Positions 26,402 to 39,935 of a stretch of 64,000 nucleotides of DNA are shown here, one piece after another. The position numbers and the translations under genes are program-made. The stretch is taken from assembly GCA_964016885.1 (NCBI GenBank), contig OZ024741.1:282410001-282474000 (forward strand), in the 5' to 3' direction. How positions within the stretch are numbered: position 1 is the first letter of the stretch; each line of letters begins with the position of its first letter. The notes under the pieces are model-generated. The model worked only from the letters and a program-made list of their open reading frames with translations, ran no database searches and was not told where the DNA came from. This DNA is from Eledone cirrhosa (lineage: Eukaryota).

Positions 26402-29400
26402 CATCATCATCATCATCACCGTTTTACGTCCGTTCTTCCACGCTAGCATGGGTTAGACGGGTTGTCCTGTTGTGGGCAGTGTCTGGTCGGCTGACCATGC
26501 CTTGCTCATACAGGAACTGATCTGGCTTGATTTCTACAGCTGGATGCCCTTCCTAACACCAACCTCATTTACAGTGAGTGCTGGGTGCTTTTTCGTGGCG
26601 CCTACACGTCCACTATACAGTGTGGGCTGGGTGCTTTTTTGCCGTGGCACCTCCACGACCACCTTGCGGTGGGGGGGGGGGGCATATTGTTTATATGCTT
26701 CAGCATGTACCCATGGGAGGTCGGGTACCCTGTATTACTGCGTGACGCCAGAAGTCACGGTCGTGTGTCATTGACTTTGAGAGGTGTAGTTGGGTAAGGT
26801 CGGCTTTTATCACCTCATCCCAAGTCATCTTGGGTCTCCCCACTCCGCGGTTTCCATCAACTTCTAGTGCTCTGCACCTTTTTATGCAGCTGTCATCCTT
26901 CATACGCATCACATGTCCATACCAGCGTAACCGCCTCTCCTGCACGCAGCATTTGATTCCTCTTATGCTCAGTCTCTCTCTCAATTCATTTATGCTTTGT
27001 CGTTCACGTATATTACTGTTACACATCCATCGGAGCATGCAGGCTTCGTTTCTCTCTAATCTACGTAAGTCTTCCACCTTCAGCGCCCAGGTCTCACTAC
27101 CATGCAACATCGCTGTTCGGATACACGCATCATACAGTCTGCCTTTCATTCTGAGGGAGAAGCCTTTTGCAGCTAGCAGTGGTAGTAGTTCCCTAAACTT
27201 CTTCCATCCCGTTCTTACCCTAGTTATTGTACTTTCTGAGCACCCACCTCCGTTGCTAATTCGGTCACCTAGGTAGCAGAAGCTGTCTACTGTTTCTACA
27301 GGGCCCTCCCAGAGATTGGTGGTACTTGTTTCCTGTGGCTGTTTGCTTGCTGTTTCAGCACAGCTGCTGCATGTGAATCCTACATTCTTAATTAAGCTTC
27401 CTGAGATCCCGCTACATCTCTTGTGTACCCATTGTTTGCATTTGGGGCAAAGAATGGAGTTCCTACCTACACCTTTCCTACATACTGAGCAAGGCCATTT
27501 CCCTGAGGGGATCTGGGTTCTGTTTTTTCGTCTACTTATAAGGACCTTAGTCTTTGTCATGTTGACTTTGAGGCCCTTTCTCTCTAGTCCCTGCTTCCAG
27601 GTTTGGAATTTATTCTCTAGTTCTACCATAGATTCAGCTATGAGTGTGAGGTCATCAGCATACAGGAGTTCCCATGGGCATCCGGTCTTAAACTCCTCCG
27701 TTATTGCCTGCAGGACTATGATGAACAGGAGAGGGCTAAGAACAGAGCCCTGGTGGACCCCAACCTGTACGCTAAATTCCTCGCTATACTCATTGCCAAT
27801 CCTAACTTTGCTGACTGCTCCCCTATACATGGCTTGTACCGCTTTCACAAGCCATTCATCTACTCCTAGTTTTCTAAGAGCCCACCAGATTACTGCACGT
27901 GGAACTCTGTCAAAGGCTTTCTCAAGGTCGACAAATGCCAAGTAGAGTGGCTTACTTTTAGCTAGGTACTTTTCCTGTAATTGCCTCACAAGGAAGAGGG
28001 CATCAGTGGTGCCTTTCCCTGGTACAAACCCAAATTGCATCTCGTCTATATTCACCCGGTCCCTAATCAGCTGTGCTATAACTCTTTCTGTTACTTTCAT
28101 GACCTGGTCCATCAACTTTATACCTCTATAGTTTCCTCTATCTAGTGCATCGCCTTTACCTTTGTAGCAGTTGACAATGATGCTACTGCACCAATCTTTT
28201 GGTATGGCCCCCTCTAGTATTACCTGGTTAACAATACGTGTGGTTATAGTGTGACCTACAGACCCAGATGCCTTCAGCATCTCGGCAGCTATACCCGATG
28301 GACCAGTTGCCTTCCCTATCTTCATATCTCTGATTGCCTTACTTACTACGCTGCCGCTGACTTGTACTGCTGGTCCCTCTATAGGGTCTACGTGGGGTAG
28401 GGTCTCTTCTTCCCATGCATTCTCCTCATTTAGTAATCTATCATAATGACTCTTCCATGCATCTTTCTTCTCAGCACTTGTGAGGGCAAGCTCACCTTTA
28501 TCATTCCGGATACACTTCTCTCCAATGACATCACAACTATCTCTGACACACTGCCTCGCAATCTTGAATACCTCCTGTTTCTGGTCCTCACGTTGTAAAA
28601 CATGCTTGAATTTTCTATCCTCTGCTTCCCTCCTAGCTAAGTATACTTGTCGCCTAGCTTCCCTCTTGGTCTCTATGTAATGTACCCTGCTCCCCCCGTT
28701 CTTCCATTCTTTCCATGCCTGTCTCTTGGCCTTGACTGCTTCATCTACCTTATTGTTCCACCACCAAGTCACTCTCCTCCTGCTTGAGGTCTTACTCCAG
28801 CCACAAACCTCATCCGTCGCCTCTAGTAAGTTATTTTTTAGGAACTCCCAGTTCTCTTCTACGTTAAATGTCTCTATCTGTTCTTCTTTACTGTCGTAGG
28901 CGTTGAGTAAAATATCTTTAAATCTGTTACTGGTTGAGGGGACTTTCAGCTTCCAGATCTTTCTTCTCCAGGTTGGCCTCTGTTTCAGGGCTCGTCTAGT
29001 TCTGACCGTGAGGTCGCTGACAACTAAGCTATGTTGGGATGTACATTCCTCACTAGGGAAGGCTTTTGTGTTTACGACCGTCCATCTGTCACGTCCTCTG
29101 ATGAGGATAAAATCTAACTGACTAGAGTGCTCCCCTGATCTATAGGTGATCAGGTGGTTGTCGGGTTTTTTAAAGTTTGTGTTACATATCGACATGTCAT
29201 TGGCGTCGCAGAATTCTAGAAGTCTGAATCCTTCCTCATTCCTTGTGCCAACTCCATGGCCTCCATGTACTCTATTGAAGCCGTCGCAGTGTTTACCTAC
29301 GTGTCCGTTAAAATCTCCTGCAATGATTAGGAAGTCCTTGTCGTCTGTTAGAGCAGTAGTGTGTATTAGGGACTCGTAAAACCTATCCTTAAGTTCGTCT

Positions 29401-29816
29401 GGCAGCCCCGATTGGGGTGCGTAAGCTGATATTATTGTGGTAATTGTCTTATTCAGGACTAGTCTGAGTTTAATGATTCTTGCATTTACCCTGTACACTG
29501 AGATTACTTTATCTACCCACTTGTCAGCTAATAGTATACCTACACCACCCATCCCATCGTCATTTCCCACCCAGAAAAATTTGTAGCACTGGCTTTTTCC
29601 TACAAGGACTCTAGCAGACCCTCCTCTCCATCTAGTCTCTTGCACACAGCATACATCAACTTCCTTTCGCTCTAGCATTTCTACGATTTCTCCTGCTCTT
29701 CCTTTCATTGAGCCTACATTGATGGTACCAACTCGGAGTTTTGGGCATTTGTCGACACTCGTAGGGGAGGGTCTCTGGGTTGGCGCTTCACGTGGGTGCT
29801 TGGTAGCTCGCAGATT
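26401..29816 (-). mobile_element. Near full-length RTE LINE lying between two (TA)n tracts
   Basis: Complete APE-RT coding region, 3' UTR and (GAT)n tail. Confidence 0.97.
26700..29816 (-). CDS. RTE retrotransposon protein: AP-like endonuclease, reverse transcriptase and embedded PHD-type finger (about 1038 aa, no stops)
   Basis: APE motifs INVGSM, VQETRW, AYAP, GDFNGH, LDFIL; RT motifs DLEKAFD, QGSVLSP, YADD, YLG; the extra N-terminal part of the called ORF is only microsatellite. Confidence 0.93.
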   Translation of the reverse strand, partial: NLRATKHPREAPTQRPSPTSVDKCPKLRVGTINVGSMKGRAGEIVEMLERKEVDVCCVQETRWRGGSARVLVGKSQCYKFFWVGNDDGMGGVGILLADKWVDKVISVYRVNARIIKLRLVLNKTITTIISAYAPQSGLPDELKDRFYESLIHTTALTDDKDFLIIAGDFNGHVGKHCDGFNRVHGGHGVGTRNEEGFRLLEFCDANDMSICNTNFKKPDNHLITYRSGEHSSQLDFILIRGRDRWTVVNTKAFPSEECTSQHSLVVSDLTVRTRRALKQRPTWRRKIWKLKVPSTSNRFKDILLNAYDSKEEQIETFNVEENWEFLKNNLLEATDEVCGWSKTSSRRRVTWWWNNKVDEAVKAKRQAWKEWKNGGSRVHYIETKREARRQVYLARREAEDRKFKHVLQREDQKQEVFKIARQCVRDSCDVIGEKCIRNDKGELALTSAEKKDAWKSHYDRLLNEENAWEEETLPHVDPIEGPAVQVSGSVVSKAIRDMKIGKATGPSGIAAEMLKASGSVGHTITTRIVNQVILEGAIPKDWCSSIIVNCYKGKGDALDRGNYRGIKLMDQVMKVTERVIAQLIRDRVNIDEMQFGFVPGKGTTDALFLVRQLQEKYLAKSKPLYLAFVDLEKAFDRVPRAVIWWALRKLGVDEWLVKAVQAMYRGAVSKVRIGNEYSEEFSVQVGVHQGSVLSPLLFIIVLQAITEEFKTGCPWELLYADDLTLIAESMVELENKFQTWKQGLERKGLKVNMTKTKVLISRRKNRTQIPSGKWPCSVCRKGVGRNSILCPKCKQWVHKRCSGISGSLIKNVGFTCSSCAETASKQPQETSTTNLWEGPVETVDSFCYLGDRISNGGGCSESTITRVRTGWKKFRELLPLLAAKGFSLRMKGRLYDACIRTAMLHGSETWALKVEDLRRLERNEACMLRWMCNSNIRERQSINELRERLSIRGIKCCVQERRLRWYGHVMRMKDDSCIKRCRALEVDGNRGVGRPKMTWDEVIKADLTQLHLSKSMTHDRDFWRHAVIQGTRPPMGTC

Positions 29817-29838
29817 AAATATATATAAATATATATAA

Positions 29839-29899
<61 letters not shown>

Positions 29900-29908
29900 A
29901 ATATATAA

Positions 29909-29943
<35 letters not shown>

Positions 29944-30108
29944 AATATATATATATAAATATAAATATATATAAATATAAATATATATAAATATAAATAT
30001 ATATATATAAATATATATATATATAAATATATATATATATAAATATATATATATATAAATATATATATATATAAATATATATAAATATATATATATATAA
30101 ATATAAAT

Positions 30109-30139
<31 letters not shown>

Positions 30140-30148
30140 AATATATAT

Positions 30149-30179
<31 letters not shown>

Positions 30180-30204
30180 AATATATATATATATAAATAT
30201 ATAT

Positions 30205-30237
<33 letters not shown>

Positions 30238-30240
30238 TAT

Positions 30241-31745
30241 GGTGGTGTCATAACCAAAGACTGGTGCAGCAGTATTCTCATAAATTGCTACAAAGGTAAA
30301 GGGGATGCTCTGGAGAGGAGCAATTATAGGGGTATAAAACTGATAGATCAGGTTATGAAGTGGCAGAAAGGATTTTAGCACAACTAGAGAAAGGGTCAAA
30401 CTAGATGAGATGCAGTTTGGTTTTGTGCCTGGGAAGAGTACAACAGATGCCCTCTTCTTGGTGAGACAATTACAAGAGAGGTTCTTAGAGAAAAATAAGC
30501 CACTATACTTAGCTTTTGTTGACATAGAGTAGGCCTTTGATAGGGTACCCTGATCTGTCATCTGGTGGTCCCTAAGGAAGCTAGGTGTTGAGGAATGGCT
30601 TGTGAGGACAGTACAAACTTTGTACAGAGGTACTCTCAGTAAAGTCAGGGTAGGAATGGAGTTTAGTGAGGAATTCCAGATACAAGTAGGAGTACATCAG
30701 GGTTCGGTCCTCAGCCCGCTCTTGTTCATTATAGTCCTCCAAGCCATAATAGAGGAGTTTAAGACTGGCTGTCCATGGGAACTTCTCTATGCTGACGATC
30801 TGGTTCTTATAGCAGAATCAGTAGAGGAGCTAGAGAATAAATTCTGGCTATGGAAACAGCAGTTGGAAGCAAGAGGACTGAGAGTAAACCTAGCTAAGAC
30901 AAAAGTGTTGATGAGTAGAAAAGAAGACAAAACCCTGATTCCGTCAGGGAAATGGCCATGTTCGATATGCAGAAAAGGAACTGGCATAAATTCTATAAAA
31001 TGCACACAATGCAGATCCTGGGTATACAAGAGATATAGCGGGATAGCAGGCAAACTAACAGGTAAGGAGAAATATGTATGCAATAGATGTACAGGGAAAT
31101 TAGACAGTAGAAGTCGCATTGATAGACACATTTTTCAAATGCAGAAGTGGTGGATAGCTTCCGGTACCTAGGAGATCAGATTAGCATGGGAGGAGGGTGT
31201 TCCGAGGCCATAGTATCTAGAATAAGGACGGGTTGGAAGAAGTTTAGGGAGCTGCTTCCTCTGTTGACGAAGAAGGGTTTCTCCCTGCGTACGAAAGGCC
31301 AGTTGTATGATGCCTGTGTGAGGAGCGCGATGCTTCATGGTAGTGAGACATGGGCAGCAATCTACAGAGGATATGCGACGGCTGGAGAGAAATGAGGCAA
31401 GCATGCTCCGTTGGATGTGCAGTGTAAATGTGCGTGAACGACCCAGCATAAATGTGTTGAGAGAGAAACTGTATCTGAGAGGAGACTGAGGTGGTATGGA
31501 CATGTGATGCGCATGGAGGATGACCGATGGGTGAAGAAGTGCCAGGAAATGCCAGTTTAAGGAAGACGTGGTAGAGGTAGACCACGAAAAACATGGGCGG
31601 AGGTGGTGAGAACAGACCTCAGATCATCGAAGCTCACGGTGGAGATGATGAAGGACCGTGACGAGTGGAGAGATGCTGTGCTGAATAAGACCCGTCCCAC
31701 CCTTGCAAGCAGGGAAAAGCGGACGTAAAATGATGATGATGATGA
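30241..31745 (+). mobile_element. 5'-truncated, decayed RTE LINE of a different subfamily
   Basis: [35 protein letters not shown]; stops and frameshifts; short 3' UTR and (GAT)n tail. Confidence 0.92.
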
Positions 31746-31778
31746 TATATATATATATATATATAAATATATATATAA

Positions 31779-31809
<31 letters not shown>

Positions 31810-32171
31810 TATATATAAATATATATATAATTGTTTCTACTTTTGGCACAAGGCCAGCAATTATCCCAGTTTATTACTGGTACTTTATTTTATTGACCCT
31901 GTAAGGATGAAAGGCACAGTTAACTTTGGCGGGATTTGAACTCAGATCATAAAGGGAGGTAACTATGCTTCAAAGCATGGCGTCTGTCCCGTCCACCGCC
32001 CTCTGCCAATCCATCGCAAGGAGTTATATTTATCAATGCCAGGACAGGTTGTATCTCAGCGTACTTAATAGGTAATGTAGAATACATTCCCAGAGTATAC
32101 ACATAGTTATTCGCTTCAATACAACACACGTACAACCGGTGTCTATAACTATATATATATGTGTGTGTGTG

Positions 32172-32655
32172 TGCATGGCTTGGACGCTGCAGGCTTCCCT
32201 TCCCAGCTCGAGCTGGTGGAGCTGGATCGCGGGGATGGCAAAAGGCCAGATGGCATGACCATCTCCCGTTCCGCGGTGGCAAACCCCTCGTCTGGGATGC
32301 CACTTGCACTGACACTTTCTGCAGCTGCAACCTGGTGCAATCTGCGACTGACCCAGGTTCTGCTGCACGTCCGGCTGAGGGGGCCAAACTCCTCAAATAC
32401 CGGTCGCTCTCCGACAGGTTTGCGGTCGTTCCCCTGGCAGTGGAGACTTCTGGTGTCCTCGGCCCCAGGGCTACCTCCTTACTTCCACCATAGGCGCTGA
32501 GCTGGCCAGCCGTGGGTGTGAGCCCCGCGAGTTGGAGTGGCTTTTCCAGCGCGTCTCCCTTGCCGTCCTGCGGGGAAACGCCTTCTCCATTCCGTCCGCC
32601 GGAGCTGTGGGTGAGCCCCCAAAAATAAAAAAATAAAATAAATAAATAAAATAAG
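32172..32655 (+). mobile_element. 3' fragment of a CRE-like RLE non-LTR retrotransposon
   Basis: LDRGDGKRPDGMT, then after a frameshift PFRGGKPLVWDATCTDTF...AKLLKY...VPLAVETSGVLGP...LFQRVSLAVLRGNA; A-rich (AAAT) tail; GC-rich. Confidence 0.85.
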
Positions 32656-33950
32656 TACTTTTCCAATGTTATTAGCAAAATGGTTTGAAGTAAAAATCAA
32701 AACTGCATTCAAACTCAGTTACCAGGAAATTAACTTTAGCTGTAAAGCACTTATATCTCCCTCTCACAGGTGCACACACACACTTCTGACACTTCTCAAC
32801 TTATTAGGAAGTTTCTAAATCTTCACATTTAATGACAGATAGCAACAGTTTTTTTTAGTATTATCTTTCCTGCAGAGTGTATAATGTGGAATAGACTTTA
32901 TCAAAATATTTTACATTTCTTTTTTCTTTTTTAGTTTAATGTTGCATGAAATCTTGAAACATTAGTCTTTGACAGGAAATACATTTCAGATCAATTCACA
33001 ATCAAGCACGAGGGCAATATGATACAATCAGACTGCAACTTGATTTCTGCAACTTGAAATCTATCAAATGTGATTTAGTTAATGTGACATATAACCTCAT
33101 TTATATGTTGACACTGTGTATTTCAGTTTTTAGAATGGGTACACAATATCCTTGCATGCAGTAAGAGCTGACTAAAAGGGTTGATCTGAGGAAGGGCATC
33201 CAGCTGTAAAACGTTGTCTCAAAACATCCTGTCTAAACCATGCCAGCATGGAAAAGTAAATATAAAAATGATGATGATGATGTAACCAATCATGCAGCTA
33301 CATCGTGGAGTTCAGAGTTGATTAATAGTGACTAACTGTTCTATATATTGCATTATTGTTTTATTCATTAATTAGTTTCAGTCATTAAACAGCGGACATG
33401 CTGGAACACCACCTTGAAGTCATTTATTCAAGCATATCGACTCATGAACTTTTTTTTTTCAAGTCTGGTGCATATATTATCAATCTTTTTTCATTCAATA
33501 TGTTAAGTTACAGGACAAACAAACAGTAAATACACACACACACTTCTGCAGTTTCCGTCTGCCAAATTTCCCTCATAAGGTGTGTTGGTCGACCCAAGGC
33601 TATTGAAGACACTTGCTTAAGGTGCCACACAGTGGGAGTAAATCCAAAACTACAGGGTTATGAAGTGAACCCTTTAACCACATAACCATTCATGAACCTA
33701 TATGTTTAATCTTCCCATCAAATAATTTCTTTCTAAGGATCAAATCATTTTTATAAGAGTATAAAGTGAATATCTAAGAAATTTAACTTCAATATATTAC
33801 TGATAGCTATTAATGTAAAGTTGATCCCAGAAGAGAGATATAGGCTCAAAAATATGAACCAATAGAGTCTCTCACTCTATTTATATATGTATGCTAGCAC
33901 GAAAAATGGGCGTTCAATGATGATGATAATTTTATATATATATATATATA

Positions 33951-34130
33951 AGATCAGGGAGAGCACTAATTATGAAAGTACTTAATACATTTTACCTATG
34001 GAATAGGTAAAATCCTGACTGCATCCCCAAGTGGTTTCGGCTCGCATACCCTTGAAAAAGCTTGAACACATATATGTTGAAACAACCTGGTCCCGCAGTT
34101 GGGATTTTACCCATCTTTCTTTCTCTCTTA
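33951..34130. repeat. Short fold-back element between (TA)n tracts with a hammerhead-like core
   Basis: ggtaaaatcctgactgc ... gcagttgggattttacc arms; cttgaaaaagc ... gttgaaacaacctggtc. Confidence 0.6.
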
Positions 34131-34133
34131 ATA

Positions 34134-34210
<77 letters not shown>

Positions 34211-34286
34211 CAAAGGATGTGTGGTAAGGAACCAGGTGGACCATAACGCACCAGAGTACTCAATACTTTGGGTAGTAGAGTGGGTA

Positions 34287-34401
34287 ATAGGAAAAGGGTC
34301 AGGACTCCGACGGCAGAGCTCAAGCCGTTTCGATGGCTATTTCAGAAATAGCCGTTGAAACGGCTTGAGCTCTGTCGTCGGGGTCCTGACCCTTTTCCTA
34401 T
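34287..34401. repeat. 56-bp near-perfect hairpin with a 3-nt loop
   Basis: 34287-34342 pairs with 34346-34401; four non-Watson-Crick positions, all G-U on the + strand. Confidence 0.95.
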
Positions 34402-34410
34402 ATATATATA

Positions 34411-34750
34411 TCATCATCATCACCGTTTTACATCCGTTCTTCGACGCTAGCATGGATTAGACGGGTTGTCCTGTTGTGGGCAGTGTCCAGTCGTCTGACC
34501 TTGTCTTGCTCATACGGAAACTGAGTCTGGGTTGATTTCTACAGCTGGATGCCCTTCCTAACACCAACATCATTTACAGTGAGTGCTGGGTGCTTTTTTC
34601 CGTGGCGCCTACATGTCCACTTTACAGTGTGGTCTAGGTGCTTTTTTACCGTGGCACCTCCACGACCACTTTGCAGTGGGAGGGTGTGGGGCATATTGTC
34701 TATATGCTTCAACTTCGGCTTGTACCCGTGGGGGGGTCGGGTATTCTGTA
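34411..34750 (-). mobile_element. RTE 3' UTR fragment
   Basis: Aligns by eye to 26401-26735. Confidence 0.85.
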
Positions 34751-37700
34751 TTATATATATATATATATGTAAAAGGTAAATATATATGTTTCTTCTGCAT
34801 CATCACTAGAAAGCTACTTTTCAGATAATAATAATATTGAAATCAATTAAGAAATGTGAATCACTAAATTATCTGGTATAAAATTCTTAGTAGAACAGCA
34901 TGCTCATTAAATTAATGTGCAAATGGCTGAGCATTCCACCGACACATGAACTCTTAACATAATTCTCAAGGAGATTCAGTATAACACAATATGTGAGAAA
35001 TCTGGTTATTTGTATTACAGGTTCAGTTCATCTAATGAACTATGTAAACAGATTCCGTCTACCCAATTTCTGTCACAAAGCTTGGGTTGACTCATATAGA
35101 TGGTTAGTGACACTTGCCTAAAAAGTCAAGCAATGAGATTGAATCCTAATTATTGCAAAGCAAACTTCTAAACTACTCTACCTTGCTACATCCATTCTAT
35201 CTAGTACAACTTGCACAATGACGGTGGGTTGATGATGGTGGTATTCAAATAATGTACACTTTTGTTCTTTAACAAGTAGAATTAAATGTTTCCACTGCAT
35301 TCCTAATTTAAAACAATATAACAAGGGGTTGGGAGGACCCTTCAGGTTGTGTCAAAAGACAAGATAACTTCTCCTCTGCATTTGATAGAATGTATGACCG
35401 TACGAAGTGAGATGCAGACCCCTCAGCTTGTCTGGGAGGTTAGTAGCCCTGCTTCAGTACTGACTAGGCCTATGTAAACCCATCCAACCCTTTTTAGCTG
35501 GGAAATCAGATGTTAAACAATGATGATGATGATTATAACAAATGTTCATATTCTATATTCTTAAGAGTAAATAAATGGTGCTTACATAATATTCTGAAAG
35601 AAATAATGAATTATCATTTTAGAAGTGTGCAAAAGTGATAAAGCTATTAATTAATCATAATTTATTTTGACATCTATTTATACTTTTTGTTGGAAATAAT
35701 CTATAAAATCCTTTAGTCATTCCTAGTCATTGCCATCAATTGTGATTAAACTAGAACTACATCATTGTAGAGATTTTCTCTTTACTCTATCACTGCTCTG
35801 ATTATTATTTACTAAGCAAAGACTCATTCATCAGGCTCTTAGGATTATTTTTTTCATAGGTTGATAAAACAAAGCACCAGTCAATATAAGTGATTTCCCT
35901 AAAAACTGCTGGGTTTGTGCCTATGTTAGAAGGAATGTTATACATTCACATGCATAAAGAAAAACAAAAACAAAGGAAAGGAACCAATCATTAGATCAGA
36001 CAAAACAAATGTTTCCATTGGTCTTTCCATTGTTGGTACTGTCTACCAGTTTCAACACTTAACAGAAAGAGGTAGAATTTGAATTCAGAATGCACAGAAC
36101 CAGATGAGATACAACATAATAAACTGTTTGACTCTTTAACAATCTCATCAATGCACCACCTCTTGACTGGTACTTTATTTATTGACCCTAAAAAGATGAA
36201 AGGCAAATTTGTCTTTGGTGTGATTTTAACTTACAGTGTAGGAAGCCAGAATAAATAGCAAGTCTTTTAATGCAATGTCCTATTCACAAAAACATGTTCC
36301 GCTGTGGTTATTGTTGTTATTGTTTAGTCCTAAGTTAGCTTTGATCAAGCATTCAAAGGCATTCTAACTTTGCAGATATTAGGATAAGTCGTCCACCTTG
36401 AATGTAACTCAAATACAAAGTGGCAACTATATAGTTCCATAGGCTGTCTGGTATGTAAGAAACACATCATAAAATATTTGTAAGTAAAGCTCTTTGATGG
36501 AACTATAGAAGTTTCCAAACACCTCCCTTATTCTGTTACATTGTAAATACCAACACAGAAGATATCTATAAGCATTAACAGACTTTTACTTCTCAAGGGA
36601 GATCAGAAATATCATTGTTGTCTGATTACAAGTACCCAAGTACACAGAGGAATTAGAATTTTTAACAATTGTTTAGTAGTGCATATGTATGTAAATATTA
36701 CAGATGTGTGTGTGTGCATGTGTGTATCTAAGGGAAAGTCTGTGACAGTAAGTCTCACAACACAATGTCATGACAAACAGATAAATCGATTTTTAATTGC
36801 AGCCATTTATGGGGATTAATAGGCTTGTTATTAATAAAAATATATATATAGATATATATTTATGATACAACAAGAAAAGATTTAAGACATCAATCACAAA
36901 TCAATATTTCAAAATATAGCATCAAAGATTGTTTGATTTTGTATTTTTTAAACTAACAGACACACATTATATATATATATGGTGGGTGAGGACCAATAAA
37001 TGCATGAAGTTCTAGAAGCTAGGATTAACAAATATCCCTCTTCCTAGTAAATGAGGAACAAATGTATTTATTATAAAGATATATTTTTAAAAATCTGCTT
37101 TTCTATTTCAGTAGGGTTTCAATGTTGTCATGATTGGGATAACCTTCTTCCTGTTTGAAGAAGGTAAATCTCTAATAGGAAATACCATTTGCTGTGACAT
37201 GTTCTCTGTCTTATCATTTTGGCCACAAACTGGGGTGACTTTGCTGTCTAATGATCAACATTTAAGAATAAACACAATATAGTGGCATTAACCTTTTTGT
37301 TATTATATTTCTTATGAAGGCCACTGTCTATGATTTTTAAATAAGTTTTAAAATAATCAAGAATTTGATAGGATTTAGTAATATAACTAAGTTCCCCATT
37401 AAGCTGGTGTTTGTAACAAATGTTCTTATATAGAATTATTATGGAAGAATTTTAGATAAATATAAACAGCTTTATAACGTAAAATAAGGGGCAGTTTCAA
37501 GCAGTTTGGTTTCAAAAGGTTTAACGAAGTTTCAACTCATAACCATTCTGTCAGTAGTTCAGCATTTACTAGCTCTGCCTCAGATTTGGCAACATAAAAT
37601 CTTATAGTTACTATTCCAGTCAATAATTAAAGTTTTCCTTGAAGCAAAGAAATAAAAGCTATTTAGATTTTGTAACTTTAGGAAATTAATACAAGTGTTT

Positions 37701-39412
37701 CCTTAGTTTAAAGAATGAGTTCCCATACACTTCAGATATTTTAATATTTACAAGTAATTCTACATATTTCAACTCAACCAAGATATCAGGTGTGAGATCT
37801 GAGAATTTTAACCCTTTCATTTCCACATGTCTAATGAAGTACTCTCTATTTAAATTAATGTATGAAGAAGTTGGAGGTATTTTCTAAAATTATGATTTAT
37901 TTCATTAAGATAGTATTCATAACAACTTCACAAAAGTTTCTTATATCAATTTGTTGGAAGATTTTGATTTAGATAGGAACCTACTAAGATAGGTGGTTTT
38001 GTTTCATAGAACCGGAGATGGTTTTGGGTGGATTCATATTAAAAGGGTTAAATATTGTCAACCTCGGTCAATCAGAGTTATTATCAGAGATATTTCAGTT
38101 AAGACTGCCCTGTCTTTATAGCAATATCTAGGACTATATTATGTAATGTATGTTCTATTTTTAAAATGGCAAGGGAGATTTAGGGAGATTTAGTTATTTC
38201 TAGCAACCACTGAGAGGTCTTGTTGTTGGTTTGAGATTTTAAGTATGACAGAGACCTGTAACCTTTCAAAGGAGGTATTAATTTTTTCATTACTTAACAC
38301 AAGAGCATCTGTTAATGGTGTTGCTATACTTTATTCCAATACAGTAGTGTTCTTATTGGAAAATGCAAGTTTACACTGCAAAATGACAGTAGTTTAAATG
38401 TCTTCATTTATTCACCAAAGTAATGGTTTCATAGACAGTAGAGTGATGCAAGCTCTTTAATGACATAAGAAGCAACATAACAGAATGTTTATGTCATTTT
38501 TAGTGATGAAAGAGATTCTCTTGCTTTATAAAACAACAACAAAAAAATATGGGATTTTAGTATACTGCATAATGTTTCAAGAATGTCACATGAAGTGGTA
38601 ATAAAATACAGTCAATGATTTGGGGATCCTATAAAAATAAAGGCAGGGAGAAAGGAATACATGAATGTGACCTCATACAAATATAATTTCTGATCTCAGA
38701 AGAAGATAGCTGGGAATTTGAGATGGTAGCTGCTACTCATAAGAAAGATTATACAGATGTCATCTCATATAATAAGAGTTGATTGTGAGGATGAGAGGAA
38801 GAAATGATGTAGTGCATTGGTTTAAGATGATAGCCAAACTTGTGACAACTTATTTCATACTAACCTGCCTGTATCTGCCAATAGTTGTATAATAAGAACA
38901 CATAATTTTAAAGTGTTCATATTCAAATTCAAACTTTCCAACATAATGTTCAGTAAAAATCTTTTGTTATGTTCTTAATGATGAAACAATCAGTTATTTT
39001 ACTAAATCCTGCCTAATTCTTATTTTCAATATCCATTGTGACATATGGATAGTGTATTTCATTTGAAATATAGGTAACAAAAAAACAAAACAAAAAAAAC
39101 ATATGGAATAAGGCAATTAATTTGTTAACAAAAAGACAGAATTATGGTTAACCAGGAAATCACTTGTGATTGGGTTTTCAAAAGAATTTTGTGGAATTAT
39201 GCCCATGTAAAGAAGATCAATATTTCTAATAGAATGGATTGGACTTCTGTCAGTTTCAACAATGAATATTCCAGTTGTTTGATCAATGAAACAGTCTGCT
39301 CATGAAATTAATGTGTAAGCGACTGACCATTTCATAGACATGTGCATCCTGAACATAATTTGCAGGGAGATTTAAGTGTAACCCTTTCAATACCATATTT
39401 CATTTAATTAAT

Positions 39413-39935
39413 GAAGAGATTGCATTGGTATGGACATGTAATGCATATGAATCATGACGTACGTATAAAAAGGTGCAGGGTGCTCGAAGTTGATGGAAGC
39501 TATGGAATAGAAAGACCTAGGAAGACTTAGGATGAGGTGATAAAAGCAGACCTTGCACAATTACACCTCTCAAAGGCGATGATACAGAATTGCGATCTCT
39601 GGCGTTATGCAGTAATATGCATGCACCTCCCCCACCCCAGCACCCAGTTCACAGCACCCAGTTCACGCTGTAAAGTGGTCATGTAGGTGTCAAGACACAA
39701 AGCACTCTGTCCACACTGTAAGGTAATTGTGTAGGTTTCATGATAAAAATCACCCAGTACACACTCTAAATATGGTTGGTGTTAGGAAGGGCATCCAGAC
39801 ATAGAAACAAAGGCAAAAATCAGTTCTGTATGAGGAAGACACAGTCACCTATTATGACTTGTCTCACAACAGGACAACTCGTCTAACCCATGCTAGCGTG
39901 AAAAAAATGGATGTTAAACGGTTATGATGATGATA
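39413..39935 (+). mobile_element. RTE 3' fragment (C-terminus, UTR, (GAT)n)
   Basis: Translates to RLHWYGHVM...; ggttggtgttaggaagggcatccag UTR motif. Confidence 0.85.

Noticed and set aside
29817-30281. N-terminal extension of the 1193-aa ORF
   Set aside because: (YI)n from the TA tract plus antisense of the neighbouring RTE; not a real N-terminus
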